From the NCBI GenBank assembly GCA_947085915.1, contig CAMTYD010000028.1, forward strand, positions 1-48,730: a stretch of 48,730 bases of DNA, given 5' to 3'. Both the position numbers and the translations under genes were made by a program. The stretch comes from an uncultured Parcubacteria group bacterium (GTDB lineage Bacteria > Patescibacteriota > Minisyncoccia > Phycocordibacterales > UBA2100). The notes below the pieces were generated by a model. The model was not told the DNA's origin. It ran no database searches and saw only the letters and a list, made by a program, of their open reading frames with translations. Of this stretch, positions 31,235 to 41,003 are shown in pieces (position 1 is the stretch's first letter; every line of letters begins with the position of its first letter).

Positions 31235-33043
31235 TTTCGCCAGATTACGCGGGCGGTCAACGTTTAATCCCTTTTCTTTTGCGAAGTAGTAGGCAAAGAG
31301 CTGAAGTGGGACGACATTGAGAATTGGTGAGAGCATTTCGAGGGTTTCGGGTACGTAGATGACATCGTCGGCAAGTTTTGATATCTCGGTATCCCCTTCT
31401 GTGGCGACCGCAATGACCGGACCTTTCCGCGCTTTTATTTCGTGGATGTTGGATACCATCTTTTCGTACATGCTGTCTTTTGGCACAAGCGCCATGGTCG
31501 GAAAATTCTCGTCTATCATCGCGATGGGTCCGTGCTTCATTTCACCTGCCCCGCATCCTTCGGCGTGGATGTAAGAAAGCTCTTTGAGCTTTATTGCTCC
31601 TTCAAACGCTACAGGGAAGTTATATTTGCGCCCGATAAACAAGAAATCACGGTTGCCGATGTATTTTTTGGCGAGTGCCTCAATCTTCTCACGCTGAGCC
31701 AGAACTGTACGCAGTTTTTCGGGAAGTTCTTTGAGAGCTTGCGCAATTTCCCTCCCCTGCTCCTCCGACATCCCGCGCTGTCTGCCAAGGAACATCGTAA
31801 GGAGTGCGAGCACGGTAATCTGCGAAAGAAAAGCTTTCGTTGAGGCAACGCTTATTTCAGGACCTGCATGATTATAGACGCCGGCATCTGTCTCGCGGGC
31901 AATCGTAGATCCGACGGTGTTTACGATACCGAGGGTAAGCGCTCCGCGTCGCTTTCCTTCGCGGACAGCTTCAAGCGTATCGAGAGTCTCGCCGGATTGT
32001 GTGATGGCGAGAACCGCCGTACGTTCATTGATAACCGGTTTTTTATATCTAAATTCCGAGCCAATTTCGAGCTCGACGGGAATCTCGGCGTTGGCTTCAA
32101 GCATATATTCGCCGACTTGCCCCGCGTACGAGGCAGTACCGCATGCGACGATAATAATGCGCTCTATCTTCTCAAGTTGCTTGGAAACCAGCTCAAGTCC
32201 ACCCAGCTTTGCCATTCCCTTCTCAGGAATGAGCCGTCCGCGCAATGTATTCTCGACGACCTCCGGCCCTTCCATGATTTCCTTGAGCATGAAATGCTCG
32301 TAGCCTCCCTTCTGGGATTGCTCTGCATCCCAATCGATCTCCGTTGCGGCACGCTTCACCTTTGAAGCGTCGAGCCTGAAAATGCGGTGACTGTCCGGTG
32401 TGATGACTGCAACTTCACCATCTTCAAGGAAGACGACTTTTTTCGTATGCGGCAAAATGGGCGTAGGATCGCTTGCAATGAAATGCTCGCCGTCACCAAG
32501 ACCGAGGACGATTGGCGAGCCCATGCGCGCAGCAATTATCGTATCGGGTTCACCTTTGTATTGAAGTGCAATGCCGTACGTGCCGCGCACTTCATTGAGT
32601 GCGGCGAGTGCTGCTTTCTCGAAGCTCTTTTCTGTTTTCAAATGCTCTTCAACGAGATGCGCCAGCACTTCAGTGTCGGTTGAGGATTTAAACGTATGGC
32701 CAGTTTCCAAAAGTTTTGCTTTCAACTCTTTAAAATTCTCTATGATGCCGTTGTGCACGACCCATATTTGCCCGCTATCATCGCTATGTGGGTGTGCGTT
32801 CTCTTCTGTAGGCTCGCCATGGGTCGCCCATCGCAAATGCGCAATGCCGCTTTTACCTTTGAAACCCTTCGGTATTTTTGCGCGTAGCTCCGTCACCGCA
32901 CCCGGTGTCTTTACGGTGCCACTTTCAGGTGTGAAAATCCCTGCCGAGTCATATCCGCGATACTCCAGCGAAAGGAGTCCATCGAGCAGCACTCCTCCTG
33001 CGTCTTTTCCCTTGCTCCCCGTGTAGGCAAAAATACCGCACAT
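31217..33043 (-). CDS. glmS: Glutamine--fructose-6-phosphate aminotransferase (isomerising)
   Basis: MCGIFAY with an N-terminal Cys nucleophile, two SIS domains, and a C-terminal NLAKSVTVE; 608 aa. Confidence 0.96.
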   Translation of the reverse strand: MCGIFAYTGSKGKDAGGVLLDGLLSLEYRGYDSAGIFTPESGTVKTPGAVTELRAKIPKGFKGKSGIAHLRWATHGEPTEENAHPHSDDSGQIWVVHNGIIENFKELKAKLLETGHTFKSSTDTEVLAHLVEEHLKTEKSFEKAALAALNEVRGTYGIALQYKGEPDTIIAARMGSPIVLGLGDGEHFIASDPTPILPHTKKVVFLEDGEVAVITPDSHRIFRLDASKVKRAATEIDWDAEQSQKGGYEHFMLKEIMEGPEVVENTLRGRLIPEKGMAKLGGLELVSKQLEKIERIIIVACGTASYAGQVGEYMLEANAEIPVELEIGSEFRYKKPVINERTAVLAITQSGETLDTLEAVREGKRRGALTLGIVNTVGSTIARETDAGVYNHAGPEISVASTKAFLSQITVLALLTMFLGRQRGMSEEQGREIAQALKELPEKLRTVLAQREKIEALAKKYIGNRDFLFIGRKYNFPVAFEGAIKLKELSYIHAEGCGAGEMKHGPIAMIDENFPTMALVPKDSMYEKMVSNIHEIKARKGPVIAVATEGDTEISKLADDVIYVPETLEMLSPILNVVPLQLFAYYFAKEKGLNVDRPRNLAKSVTVE

Positions 33044-33077
33044 ATACAGGTCAATCTATCACATTTGAGGCGGAAAA

Positions 33078-34061
33078 TTAACGAAGTATGATGTCGGCAA
33101 TATCAGCCCGGAAGGCATTGATGGCGGAGTGTATTGAGGCGGCATCAGACGGCCGCACGGGATACGTGCGATTCGAAAGGATGACGAGTGCAGTGCCGCG
33201 CTCCATGTCACACAAAACCGAGGTACCTGTAAAACCTGTTTTGCCGAATGTATGTTCTCCGGACAGGGTTCCCATGAACCACGGCTGATTCAACTGCCAG
33301 CCCCACCCTTTTTGGGCTCCGAGGGCGACGGCGGGAAATTTCCCACTCTGCAGTGCCTCGAGAAAATTCAAAATATCGGGCGCGGTAGAGAACAATCCCG
33401 CGTGACCGACCGTACGACGCGCACGCGCAAATACGCGTGCGCTTTCGTCATGTACTACACCTCGAATCTCGAGGCCACCAACGACCTCGGTTGGCACGCA
33501 GTCTGATACCGTCGGGAAAAAAGTAGTGGCGTTCATACCGAGCGGTTCAAAGAAATACCGGTCTGCAAGGGCAGACAGCGAGCTCTCTCCCACACGCTCA
33601 AGCACAAGCCCAAGAATATATGCAGGAACGTTTGTGTAGAGCCGCTCTCCCGGTGGACCATTGAAACCATGCTCGAGGATATGCGTGCGTATCTGTTCAA
33701 AAGTTGGGTAGACGAGGCGAGAGAGCCGCGGCCCCTGAACACGGTAGCGTAAAAGATCCTCAATCGTAGCGCTGTAATCGTTGTGAAGCTCCGGAAGATA
33801 CTTCACAACCCTATCGGTAAGCTGTAATCTCCCTTCCGCAATAAAAGTAAGAGCAAGTGAAGCGACCGGAATAGATTTTGTGATAGACGCCAAGTCATAC
33901 AGTGAGTCTTCCTCTACAGACCGAGCGTCCGGCTCGTACGTAAAATTGCCAAACGCTCCAATCTGGCGTTCGCCAGCCTTCTTTACCAGGCCGATGACAC
34001 AGCCTGGAAATACTCTTTCTTGTATCGCCCTTTCCGCGCGGGCTTGTATGGTACTAAGCAT
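33078..34061 (-). CDS. Serine hydrolase of the beta-lactamase/class C/DD-peptidase family
   Basis: SITKS (SxxK), YTN (YxN) and KTGFTG (KTG) occur in the correct order. Confidence 0.85.
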   Translation of the reverse strand: MLSTIQARAERAIQERVFPGCVIGLVKKAGERQIGAFGNFTYEPDARSVEEDSLYDLASITKSIPVASLALTFIAEGRLQLTDRVVKYLPELHNDYSATIEDLLRYRVQGPRLSRLVYPTFEQIRTHILEHGFNGPPGERLYTNVPAYILGLVLERVGESSLSALADRYFFEPLGMNATTFFPTVSDCVPTEVVGGLEIRGVVHDESARVFARARRTVGHAGLFSTAPDILNFLEALQSGKFPAVALGAQKGWGWQLNQPWFMGTLSGEHTFGKTGFTGTSVLCDMERGTALVILSNRTYPVRPSDAASIHSAINAFRADIADIILR

Positions 34062-35145
34062 CCGGATAAGCCTCTTTTATCTCCTTTGCGAGATATGCGT
34101 TCCACATCGCGCCAGTTGCTGTCATAACCACATCCGCGCCAGCGTCACGATATTCTTTGAAATCTGCCGGGATGGTAACGCCGCCGACACCAACGATATC
34201 GAACGTGAAGCTGAATTCTTCGCGCAAGGCCTTGAGCCGCTTCACCATTTCAATTCCAGCCCATTTGATGGGATAGCCACAAATCCCGCTCTTGAGCCTC
34301 CACTCTCCTCCGGGAAGTGCCTGCGTACCATCCTCTTTGTATACGGGTGCAGGAATGGTGTTGATTGCGGCAATGCCTTCTACCATACCGCCTATCTTTT
34401 GGACAAAATCTCTCAGCTCCTCTGCGTTTTCAAAGTACGAAATCTTGACGACAAGCGGCAATTCCCCTATCTCCTTTTTTATCGCTCCGGCTATTTTCGC
34501 GGCCATATCCACGTCGTAGCAGAGCAGCCTCTTGACCCTATCTCCTTCATTGGGGCACGAGAAATTCGCCTCTATCGCATGAACTCCTGTTTCCTTCATC
34601 ATCCGTGCTGCCAAGACCCAATCGTCGATAAAATCTTGCTCGGTCGCATCTTTCTCCCATCGGGTACCCTCAATCATTCCACAGACAATTTGTCCCGGTC
34701 GCGTGTTTGCATACTCCATAAGCGGTCGAATATCCTTCTGCCATACTTCCACCGGATACGATGGATTCCCGAAGGAGTTCGTTATCGCGAGCGGCTCTGT
34801 ATAATCTTTCTTTACCGTGAGTCCTTTTTTTGCTTTTTCCAGTGTCAGGTCACCTTCCACCTCTACCGGAAGAACGTTGGGCCATTCATTGCATTCTTTC
34901 TCTCGAGAGCGCACCGTTTTGTACACGGGGATGTCATAGCCCTTTTCAAGCGCTGCTTGTACAAATTTTGCATTGAGAAGGGGTCCCGCCGCAATTCCAA
35001 GTGGATAGCTGATTTTGTGCCCAAGGTACTCAAAACGTGGTTCGCCTATGGGAAGTACGACGCCATCAGCAAAGCCGTTAAAAGGGCCCTCTTCCCAGTT
35101 CTCGTAATACGTCTTCTTCGGGTCGTAGAAAGGCGCCTGCAGCAT
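34054..35145 (-). CDS. Dihydroorotate dehydrogenase-like / dihydropyrimidine dehydrogenase-family TIM-barrel flavoprotein
   Basis: IAAGP, IEANFSCPN (class-1 DHOD active-site Cys context) and VGVGGV...GADVVMTATG. Start is taken at MLQAPF (35145). Confidence 0.75.
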   Translation of the reverse strand: MLQAPFYDPKKTYYENWEEGPFNGFADGVVLPIGEPRFEYLGHKISYPLGIAAGPLLNAKFVQAALEKGYDIPVYKTVRSREKECNEWPNVLPVEVEGDLTLEKAKKGLTVKKDYTEPLAITNSFGNPSYPVEVWQKDIRPLMEYANTRPGQIVCGMIEGTRWEKDATEQDFIDDWVLAARMMKETGVHAIEANFSCPNEGDRVKRLLCYDVDMAAKIAGAIKKEIGELPLVVKISYFENAEELRDFVQKIGGMVEGIAAINTIPAPVYKEDGTQALPGGEWRLKSGICGYPIKWAGIEMVKRLKALREEFSFTFDIVGVGGVTIPADFKEYRDAGADVVMTATGAMWNAYLAKEIKEAYPDA

Positions 35146-35202
35146 GCTGACAGTATACCAAAACACGCACCTATGTGCCCGCAAAACCCTCTTGGGTCTA
35201 TT

Positions 35203-35640
35203 CTACGAAGTCATTTTTTGCACTGCCTTCTTCGCCTTTTTAACCGCACCCGCAGCCCGGCTCCGCGTCTTTTTTGCTTGCTTCATTGCGGATGCGCCCC
35301 CTTTCTTCAATTCTTTGGCTATATTTTGCCAGTTATTTTTCAACTCTTTTGCGGCACGCTCTATCTCGTCACGGTCGAGCTCACGAACCCCTTTGTAGGC
35401 GCGCGCGGATTGCTCTACGATAGCAGCTACCGAGGCGCGATTGATATTTTTCAGTGTCTGTGCACGTTTAACTACGTCTTTCTTGAAATCAACCGCCCAC
35501 TTCGCCACTACTTGACGATTCTTCTTCGCATCCTTGCTTGCATAGAAATAATATCCTGCAGCGGCCAATGCGGCTGCCGCGAGCACTCCCGTCCCCACCT
35601 TTCCAACCGTACCCGACTTTCCTTTTTTTGTATCAGCCAT
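35203..35640 (-). CDS. YtxH-like Lys-rich protein with an N-terminal hydrophobic helix
   Basis: GVLAAAALAAAGYYFYASKDAKKNR followed by a charged helical region. It lies downstream of a DUF948-like gene, as in the ytxG-ytxH arrangement. Confidence 0.55.
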   Translation of the reverse strand: MADTKKGKSGTVGKVGTGVLAAAALAAAGYYFYASKDAKKNRQVVAKWAVDFKKDVVKRAQTLKNINRASVAAIVEQSARAYKGVRELDRDEIERAAKELKNNWQNIAKELKKGGASAMKQAKKTRSRAAGAVKKAKKAVQKMTS

Positions 35641-35674
35641 ACTGTTTTCCTAAACGTATAAAGTGTTCTTTCTC

Positions 35675-35950
35675 TTACCGCCCCTTCTTTCCCCAAAAGC
35701 GAGCAACTCTACTCGCGATGAGGCTTCCGATGTGGGAAAACTTGAAACCCTCGGCTTTGATTCGTGCACGCATTTCCGCTACATCATTCCGCAGAAGCGC
35801 ACTTTCCTCGGAGAGGTCACGTGATATTTCTTCTACGTAACCCAAGATGCGCCAGACCCGCAAGATAATGAGTGTGACGACAATGCCGAGCATAACAACC
35901 ACGAGTGTGGTTACGATGAAGAAGATGTCCATTTTCAGAAAGTCATTCAT
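35675..35950 (-). CDS. Small DUF948-like membrane protein (YtxG-like)
   Basis: Start is taken at MNDFLKMDIFFIVTTLVVVMLGIVVTLIIL (35950). The longer ORF-track start would overlap the DUF2585 gene. The protein is a TM helix plus a charged coiled segment. Confidence 0.5.
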   Translation of the reverse strand: MNDFLKMDIFFIVTTLVVVMLGIVVTLIILRVWRILGYVEEISRDLSEESALLRNDVAEMRARIKAEGFKFSHIGSLIASRVARFWGKKGR

Positions 35951-36006
35951 AGGGACATAGGCATTGTACTCGAAAACGCCCCGCGCGCACGTCCACTTCC
36001 AAGTAA

Positions 36007-36582
36007 TTATCCACCTGCCTGCCACGCTGCTATAGAGGGAACCTGATGGATGAGATTCAGGATATTGAGAGCAAGATTGTCCCGGATGAGATACAGAACG
36101 AATAGTTCGAGAAACAAGGCTAGAAACACGACCGCCCACACAGAGAGCCTCCATGCGAGGAAAAAACCAAATATCATTGCGATGGTGTCTGAAATGGAAT
36201 TGAGGATACTGTCACCGGTGTATCCCTGCGCGAGTGCCTGCTGGCGGTAGTGGTCAATAACCATCGGTGTATTTTCGGCTATCTCCCACGCTATCTCTAT
36301 CCCCATCGCGACGAGAAGCCTCGTCCACACTGGCCAACGCGGGAAGAAATACCAAAGCCCAAGATAAAAGAGGAATCCGTGAATGATGTGCGAAAAAGTG
36401 TACCAATCAGTCAGATGCTGCGAATTTCCGCTACTCAAAACAATTCCTTCCCACAGCTTCACTTCCCCGCACGTGCAGATGAGGGGTTGACCCAAGAGAT
36501 AGAGCACAAGAGCCTGGAATGCCAAGAGAAGTGCCACACCAAGGATAAAGCGCCGCGACGAAAAGAAGTTGTACCCCAGCAT
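36007..36582 (-). CDS. DUF2585 (UPF0314) family membrane protein
   Basis: CTCGEVKLWEG...SQHLTDWYTFSHIIHGF...EIAWEIAENTP...GDSILNSISD matches the family pattern. Confidence 0.7.
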   Translation of the reverse strand: MLGYNFFSSRRFILGVALLLAFQALVLYLLGQPLICTCGEVKLWEGIVLSSGNSQHLTDWYTFSHIIHGFLFYLGLWYFFPRWPVWTRLLVAMGIEIAWEIAENTPMVIDHYRQQALAQGYTGDSILNSISDTIAMIFGFFLAWRLSVWAVVFLALFLELFVLYLIRDNLALNILNLIHQVPSIAAWQAGG

Positions 36583-36664
36583 CTCCCTAGTCTACCGCAT
36601 ATACCCCTCTGGGTCTTACGAAGAAGCAACGAAGCGGTATACTGAGTGTCTAGACATTACTATT

Positions 36665-36670
36665 TATATA
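36665..36670 (+). promoter_or_regulatory. Candidate -10 box (TATATA) 8 nt upstream of the DUF4870 gene ATG
   Basis: tatata-cataactt-ATG with no SD. Confidence 0.3.
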
Positions 36671-36678
36671 CATAACTT

Positions 36679-37023
36679 ATGGACGAACAGACCTCCAATC
36701 AATCTCAGGCGCCTCAAGCCAAGCCTCAACATAAGACTCTTATGGGAGTACTTGCGTATCTGGGGATACTCCTCATTATTCCCTTCCTCATGGCAAAAGA
36801 CGACCCGTTCGTAAAATTCCACCTCAAGCAAGGTCTCGTCCTTCTCGTGATTGAGATTATCGTCTGGATCTTGGGCTCTTCGATGTGGCAGTTGTGGATG
36901 ATTCTCAATCTGGTACAGCTCGCTACGCTGGTACTCTCTATAATCGGCATCGTGAATGTCATCCAAGGCAAACAGAAAGAACTCCCCCTCGTCGGTTCTT
37001 TCAGCAAACATTTCACTTTTTAG
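36679..37023 (+). CDS. DUF4870-like small membrane protein
   Basis: MGVLAYLGILLIIPFLMAKDDPFVKFHLKQGLVLLVIEII is the typical motif. Confidence 0.7.
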   Translation: MDEQTSNQSQAPQAKPQHKTLMGVLAYLGILLIIPFLMAKDDPFVKFHLKQGLVLLVIEIIVWILGSSMWQLWMILNLVQLATLVLSIIGIVNVIQGKQKELPLVGSFSKHFTF

Positions 37024-37029
37024 AAGCTG

Positions 37030-37563
37030 CTAGTGATACACAATCGCAACGCTCCGCAATTCTTTGCGGAGTTGTGTGTGATTTGGAATTACTTGTGCGA
37101 CAAGAGCCCAGAATCTTTTCGAATGATTCATCTCTTTGAGATGGCAAATCTCGTGAACGATGATGTACTCCGCGATATAAGCTGGAAGTGCTGCAATCTT
37201 GTAATTAAAACTCAGATTACCCGCGCGCGAACAACTCCCCCAACGTGATTTCTGTGCCCGTATCGCTATCTTTTTGTATTGAAATCCATACCGCTCTGCA
37301 ACATCTGCACACCGTTCGCTCGCGAGCTGAAGCGCACGCTTCTTCAGCATCGCTATCTCGGCTTTGTTGATATGTATTACCTTCCGCCCGGCTGTCCTTG
37401 CGATACGGCGGTGTAACCACTCTGAATGCTTTGCCACGAAACGTTCGATAGTTGCGATACCAAAAGATGAGGGAGCCGTCACGACAACTCGCGCATCCGG
37501 ATACACGACGAGCCGCATTGTCCGCGCTCGCACGCTTCGCTTGAGCAGGTACGAGTGAGTCAT
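37030..37563 (-). CDS. YgjP-like (DUF45/M48-related) metal-dependent hydrolase
   Basis: SRWGSCS...LSFNYK...YIIVHEICHLKEMNHSKRFW. Confidence 0.85.
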   Translation of the reverse strand: MTHSYLLKRSVRARTMRLVVYPDARVVVTAPSSFGIATIERFVAKHSEWLHRRIARTAGRKVIHINKAEIAMLKKRALQLASERCADVAERYGFQYKKIAIRAQKSRWGSCSRAGNLSFNYKIAALPAYIAEYIIVHEICHLKEMNHSKRFWALVAQVIPNHTQLRKELRSVAIVYH

Positions 37564-37565
37564 GT

Positions 37566-38516
37566 TCAGAAGAGCGCCGAGGCACAGCGTGCATTCAAGG
37601 CCGCCACATCGCTCTCCGCAAGTGAGAGTTTTTTGCCTTTGTTAACCTTGTACATAATTGCCTCTTCATCTTCGATATGACCCAAACCAAGCGCATGTCC
37701 TAGCTCGTGCGCAAGGACACGAACGAGCTCCGTGCGATTTGAATACTCGTAGATATCGATCCGCTCCGAACCTGCTGTACTTACATATGCGCCTTCTTCA
37801 AACTCCCCTCCTGTTGAGGCACCGGCCTGGTTGTATTTCTCCACATTCAGATTGAGCTCAGCGATGAGCTTGTTGAGCGACGTGCCTATTGCGTTAAGCG
37901 TCTCTATGTCGGCGTTCAAGGCACGTTCCATCGAGGTAACCCTCTCGCCATCTGTCGCAAGAGCGGCTTTCTCCGCTTGCAGACGGTCGTAGACATCGGG
38001 CGGCGCTCCTCCTAGGCCGTTCCACTTCGCAACTTCTGCGTTGTATGCCTTTTGACGCGACTCATATGCGGCAACTTCCGCATCAAAACGCACCTTCGCG
38101 GATGTGATTCGGGCTGCTCGATTATCGTATTGTGCCTTCAAGGCATCGAAAGAGGATTGGCTCTTATCTATCCGTATGCCGGAAGCCTTCATCGTATCGC
38201 TCGCCTGTTGCCGGTAATCGTAGACAAAATTCACTACCACACCACCCCCCTCTTGGTATTCGAAAAGATTCTTGCCGGAAGGTTTCTCCCATATATTCTC
38301 AGCCTCTTTCAGGTATTTGATGAGGGCTGTCTTCGATACACCAAATCTCGCATCTATCGTACCCAGTGAATAGGTAATGGGACTTCGGCACGGGAGTACT
38401 CGTGCTTCTAATTGCTTGGCCACCTGAATGATGGGGTCGCGATGCGTCGAAGCAACGTATCCTAAGCCTCCCAACACCGCCAAGAGAACGAGTATGTCGA
38501 TTGCGCGTCGCATCAA
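37566..38516 (-). CDS. Matrixin-like (metzincin, M10) zinc metalloprotease, N-terminally anchored, with a coiled-coil middle region
   Basis: TM segment AIDILVLLAVLGGLGYV. HELGHALGLGH (HExxHxxGxxH) is followed by the Met-turn AIMY. Confidence 0.85.
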   Translation of the reverse strand: MMRRAIDILVLLAVLGGLGYVASTHRDPIIQVAKQLEARVLPCRSPITYSLGTIDARFGVSKTALIKYLKEAENIWEKPSGKNLFEYQEGGGVVVNFVYDYRQQASDTMKASGIRIDKSQSSFDALKAQYDNRAARITSAKVRFDAEVAAYESRQKAYNAEVAKWNGLGGAPPDVYDRLQAEKAALATDGERVTSMERALNADIETLNAIGTSLNKLIAELNLNVEKYNQAGASTGGEFEEGAYVSTAGSERIDIYEYSNRTELVRVLAHELGHALGLGHIEDEEAIMYKVNKGKKLSLAESDVAALNARCASALF

Positions 38517-38531
38517 TGTTTTAACGGGAAG

Positions 38532-38669
38532 CTACCCCGCGAGACCGACGATACTTTGGACGAAACTGAGGAGGAGCGACAGAATCGATATAAAGAAATT
38601 AATGATGAGGGTGATGAATTGGAGCAAGAACCCGAGGAGCGTGTTCAAGAAAGTTGTAATTGAATCCAT
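38532..38669 (-). CDS. Candidate 45-aa hydrophobic micro-protein (below the ORF-track cutoff)
   Basis: An ATG..TAG ORF translates to MDSITTFLNTLLGFLLQFITLIINFFISILSLLLSFVQSIVGLAG. It fills the 165-nt gap between the rluA-family gene and the matrixin gene on the same strand. Confidence 0.35.
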   Translation of the reverse strand: MDSITTFLNTLLGFLLQFITLIINFFISILSLLLSFVQSIVGLAG

Positions 38670-38681
38670 ATCAAAATACTA

Positions 38682-39410
38682 TCACGTCCCTGATAGAACG
38701 CAGAAATCAGACGGGAGCGAAGCAGTGAATACCTCCTTCTTACCCTTCAGTGTAAGCGAAATGCTGTACGCGTGGAGCGCAGGACGCTTAAAGTCTAAGA
38801 TTGGTGCCCGGTCGGCCGCGTAGAGATGATCTGCAAGGACCGGATGCTGTATGAAGGCGAAATGAACACGTATCTGATGGGTACGCCCGGTACGCGGGTA
38901 TATTTCAACGCATGAGGCAGAATCCCCTGTTTCGGGGTCTGTAAGATGTTTTAAGAGTTTCCACTCGGTAATAGCCGCCCTGTTGTCATCCTCTTCACAG
39001 GGTCGTGAATACCAGCGCTTGGGCGGTTCGGAGCTTCGCATAATCTCCGCCACTATCTTTCCTTCGGCTGCATTCATGTGTCCGTACACAAAAGCACGAT
39101 AGGTTTTCTTAACACGCCGCTCTTTGAATTCATTTTTTAGATACGCGTACATCTCTACCGTTTTAGCGATGAGCATGACACCACTCGTCGTCCTATCTAG
39201 GCGATGCACGATACCGGGAAGGAGTACTCGCTCCCCTTGCGGCGATATCCAAGGTTCTCCGACAGTCTCAAGTGCAGGGTACTTTTTCAGTATCCAATCC
39301 GCGAGGCTCGGCTCTTCTGTACGCCCATCGCTATGTACGATGAGTCCGGCTGGCTTGTCGAGCACCAGCACCTCGTCGGTCTCTGCGATTATCTCTATAT
39401 CTTTTGACAC
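38682..39410 (-). CDS. RluA-family pseudouridine synthase (no S4 domain)
   Basis: VLDKPAGLIVH, HRLDRTTSGVMLIAK and YPRTGRTHQIRVH. Confidence 0.9.
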   Translation of the reverse strand: MSKDIEIIAETDEVLVLDKPAGLIVHSDGRTEEPSLADWILKKYPALETVGEPWISPQGERVLLPGIVHRLDRTTSGVMLIAKTVEMYAYLKNEFKERRVKKTYRAFVYGHMNAAEGKIVAEIMRSSEPPKRWYSRPCEEDDNRAAITEWKLLKHLTDPETGDSASCVEIYPRTGRTHQIRVHFAFIQHPVLADHLYAADRAPILDFKRPALHAYSISLTLKGKKEVFTASLPSDFCVLSGT

Positions 39411-39415
39411 AGCAT

Positions 39416-39709
39416 CTACTTGAGCATCTGCTTACTCTGCTCCGCTATCATTTTTTCGATTCGGCCTTCGAACATTCGCATCATAAATGGCAGTTTGGCA
39501 TTAAGTTCGTATTCTGTATCCTTGACCTCGAACGTGCCTGAAATACTTTGGCCTTGAGTGGTGAATGAAAAGTGAAGCACGTCTCCTTCCCAGCGCTCTT
39601 CTTCTATCGCTACCTTGTCAGCGAGCTGTGGCTTGGTCTCGACAAGCAATCTCTGTACTCTCGCGACGGCTTCGTGTCGCGAGAACGAGTGTGGGATTTT
39701 TACTTGCAT
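39416..39709 (-). CDS. Polyhydroxyalkanoic-acid-system-like small protein (PHA_gran_rgn-like)
   Basis: 97 aa beginning MQVKIPHSF..EAVARV. The ...W.GD.L.F.F..QG..ISG...V.D....L...LP layout is typical of that family. Confidence 0.55.
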   Translation of the reverse strand: MQVKIPHSFSRHEAVARVQRLLVETKPQLADKVAIEEERWEGDVLHFSFTTQGQSISGTFEVKDTEYELNAKLPFMMRMFEGRIEKMIAEQSKQMLK

Positions 39710-39711
39710 AC

Positions 39712-39984
39712 TTATGCTTTTCCGTCACTTTTTCCATCCATGATGTCCTTCGTCTGTATCGGGCTCTGAATGCCGGGCTTCCATTCAGCATGTATCTCCC
39801 CGAATTGCTTTTCGTAGTCAGCTATCTGGTGTGCCAGGTACTGCGCCAGCCGCTTCATATGCTGGGGCGTAAGAGCGTAGGCGATACCATTTTCACCGGT
39901 AATCATTCCCATGATAAAGAATTCCTGTGAGAAGGCGGCGGAAATATTCTCGCAGAATTGCTTGGGCACTTTGCTGAGGTCCAT
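39712..39984 (-). CDS. Hypothetical protein, DUF3467-like
   Basis: 90 aa. FSQEFFIMGM and LTPQHMKRLAQYLAHQIADYEKQFGEI resemble the DUF3467 pattern. Confidence 0.5.
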   Translation of the reverse strand: MDLSKVPKQFCENISAAFSQEFFIMGMITGENGIAYALTPQHMKRLAQYLAHQIADYEKQFGEIHAEWKPGIQSPIQTKDIMDGKSDGKA

Positions 39985-40041
39985 AATGAATTGCGTATGA
40001 GCTCTTAATCTACTTCTGCACTAATTCGTCAGAAACGTCTC

Positions 40042-40539
40042 CTATTTCACTTTTGTGAAGGCGAGGGTATTGCCGCGACCCGAGATGTTTGAAAGCTGAA
40101 GCTCTGTGTCTGTGAGTGCAAGTACGGTGAAGTACATGATGTCCCCGTTGGACCAGGTCGTCTTGATGACTGTCATACCGGTGAGTGACGCCACGGGGAC
40201 GTTGCCGAGGGCTCCTGTAGGCTCTTCGAGCGGGTCGACAATCATATACGTACCGGTCAAGGTCGCCGAAGCATCACCCAGATAGCGGTCGGTCACCGTA
40301 CCATCGGCAGTGAACTCACGGCTAAATTTTGCGTCTTCCTTGCTCTTCCACGTGCCGTTCATTGCAGGATTGTTCGTCGGCATCATGTTCGCATCGCTGA
40401 GGGTGCTCGGATCCTGCGCAGCAGAGCCCTCCGCAAGCCTCACGTTCTCTGTCGCTTCATTCTGAGAATCGATATAGAACCAATATCCTCCGCCAAGAAG
40501 CAAGAGCGCGACGATAGCTATCAATACTTTGTTATTCAT
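40042..40539 (-). CDS. Hypothetical membrane-anchored exported protein
   Basis: TM segment VLIAIVALLLLGGGYWFY followed by a beta-rich ~110-aa domain. No family recognised. Confidence 0.55.
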   Translation of the reverse strand: MNNKVLIAIVALLLLGGGYWFYIDSQNEATENVRLAEGSAAQDPSTLSDANMMPTNNPAMNGTWKSKEDAKFSREFTADGTVTDRYLGDASATLTGTYMIVDPLEEPTGALGNVPVASLTGMTVIKTTWSNGDIMYFTVLALTDTELQLSNISGRGNTLAFTKVK

Positions 40540-40548
40540 ACAATGTGA

Positions 40549-40974
40549 TTATCTTTCTTCTAAATCCAAACATACTGAGTTTATACAATATCTTTTTCCT
40601 GTCGAGGTGGGACCATCATCAAACACGTGACCCAAATGCGAGCCACACCGGGCGCACGTAATCTCTGTACGCACCATGCCGTGCGCACTGTCTACGTGCT
40701 GCTCGATTGCACCTGGGAGCGCTGTGTCAAAAGACGGCCATCCGGTACCGGAGTCGAATTTTGCATCAGAGGAAAAAAGCGGGTTGGCGCAGGCTTTGCA
40801 TTCATAGGTACCGTCGGCTTTTTCGTGCACGTATTCACCTGAGAAAGGTGCCTCCGTCCCCTTCTCACGAAGAACCGCGTACTCTTCAGGTGAGAGCATT
40901 TCCTTGAATCCTTCTTCGTTTTCTGGCATCGGCTTCTTCATCTGATTTTGCGAAATCATGCCGCGTACCGTCAA
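40549..40974 (-). CDS. msrB: Peptide-methionine (R)-S-oxide reductase MsrB (Zn-binding type)
   Basis: [30 protein letters not shown] and RYCINS. Start is uncertain among M1, M6 and M12. Confidence 0.93.
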   Translation of the reverse strand: MTVRGMISQNQMKKPMPENEEGFKEMLSPEEYAVLREKGTEAPFSGEYVHEKADGTYECKACANPLFSSDAKFDSGTGWPSFDTALPGAIEQHVDSAHGMVRTEITCARCGSHLGHVFDDGPTSTGKRYCINSVCLDLEER

Positions 40975-41003
40975 CTTTTACGCGGCCTTCAATTATACCA
41001 AAT

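Noticed and set aside
33044-33077. A glmS ribozyme upstream of glmS
   Set aside because: Only 34 nt separate the glmS ATG from the stop of the upstream gene. This is far too short for the ~170-nt ribozyme, and no conserved core sequence is visible.
33880-35661. A 593-aa plus-strand ORF, the longest unexplained ORF in the track
   Set aside because: It runs antisense across three well-supported minus-strand genes (the beta-lactamase-family gene, the DHOD-like gene and the YtxH-like gene) and their junctions. Its translation is Cys/Arg/Phe/Leu/His-rich with no motif or domain structure, which is typical of a shadow frame. The minus-strand genes carry clear catalytic motifs (SxxK/YxN/KTG and NFSCPN).
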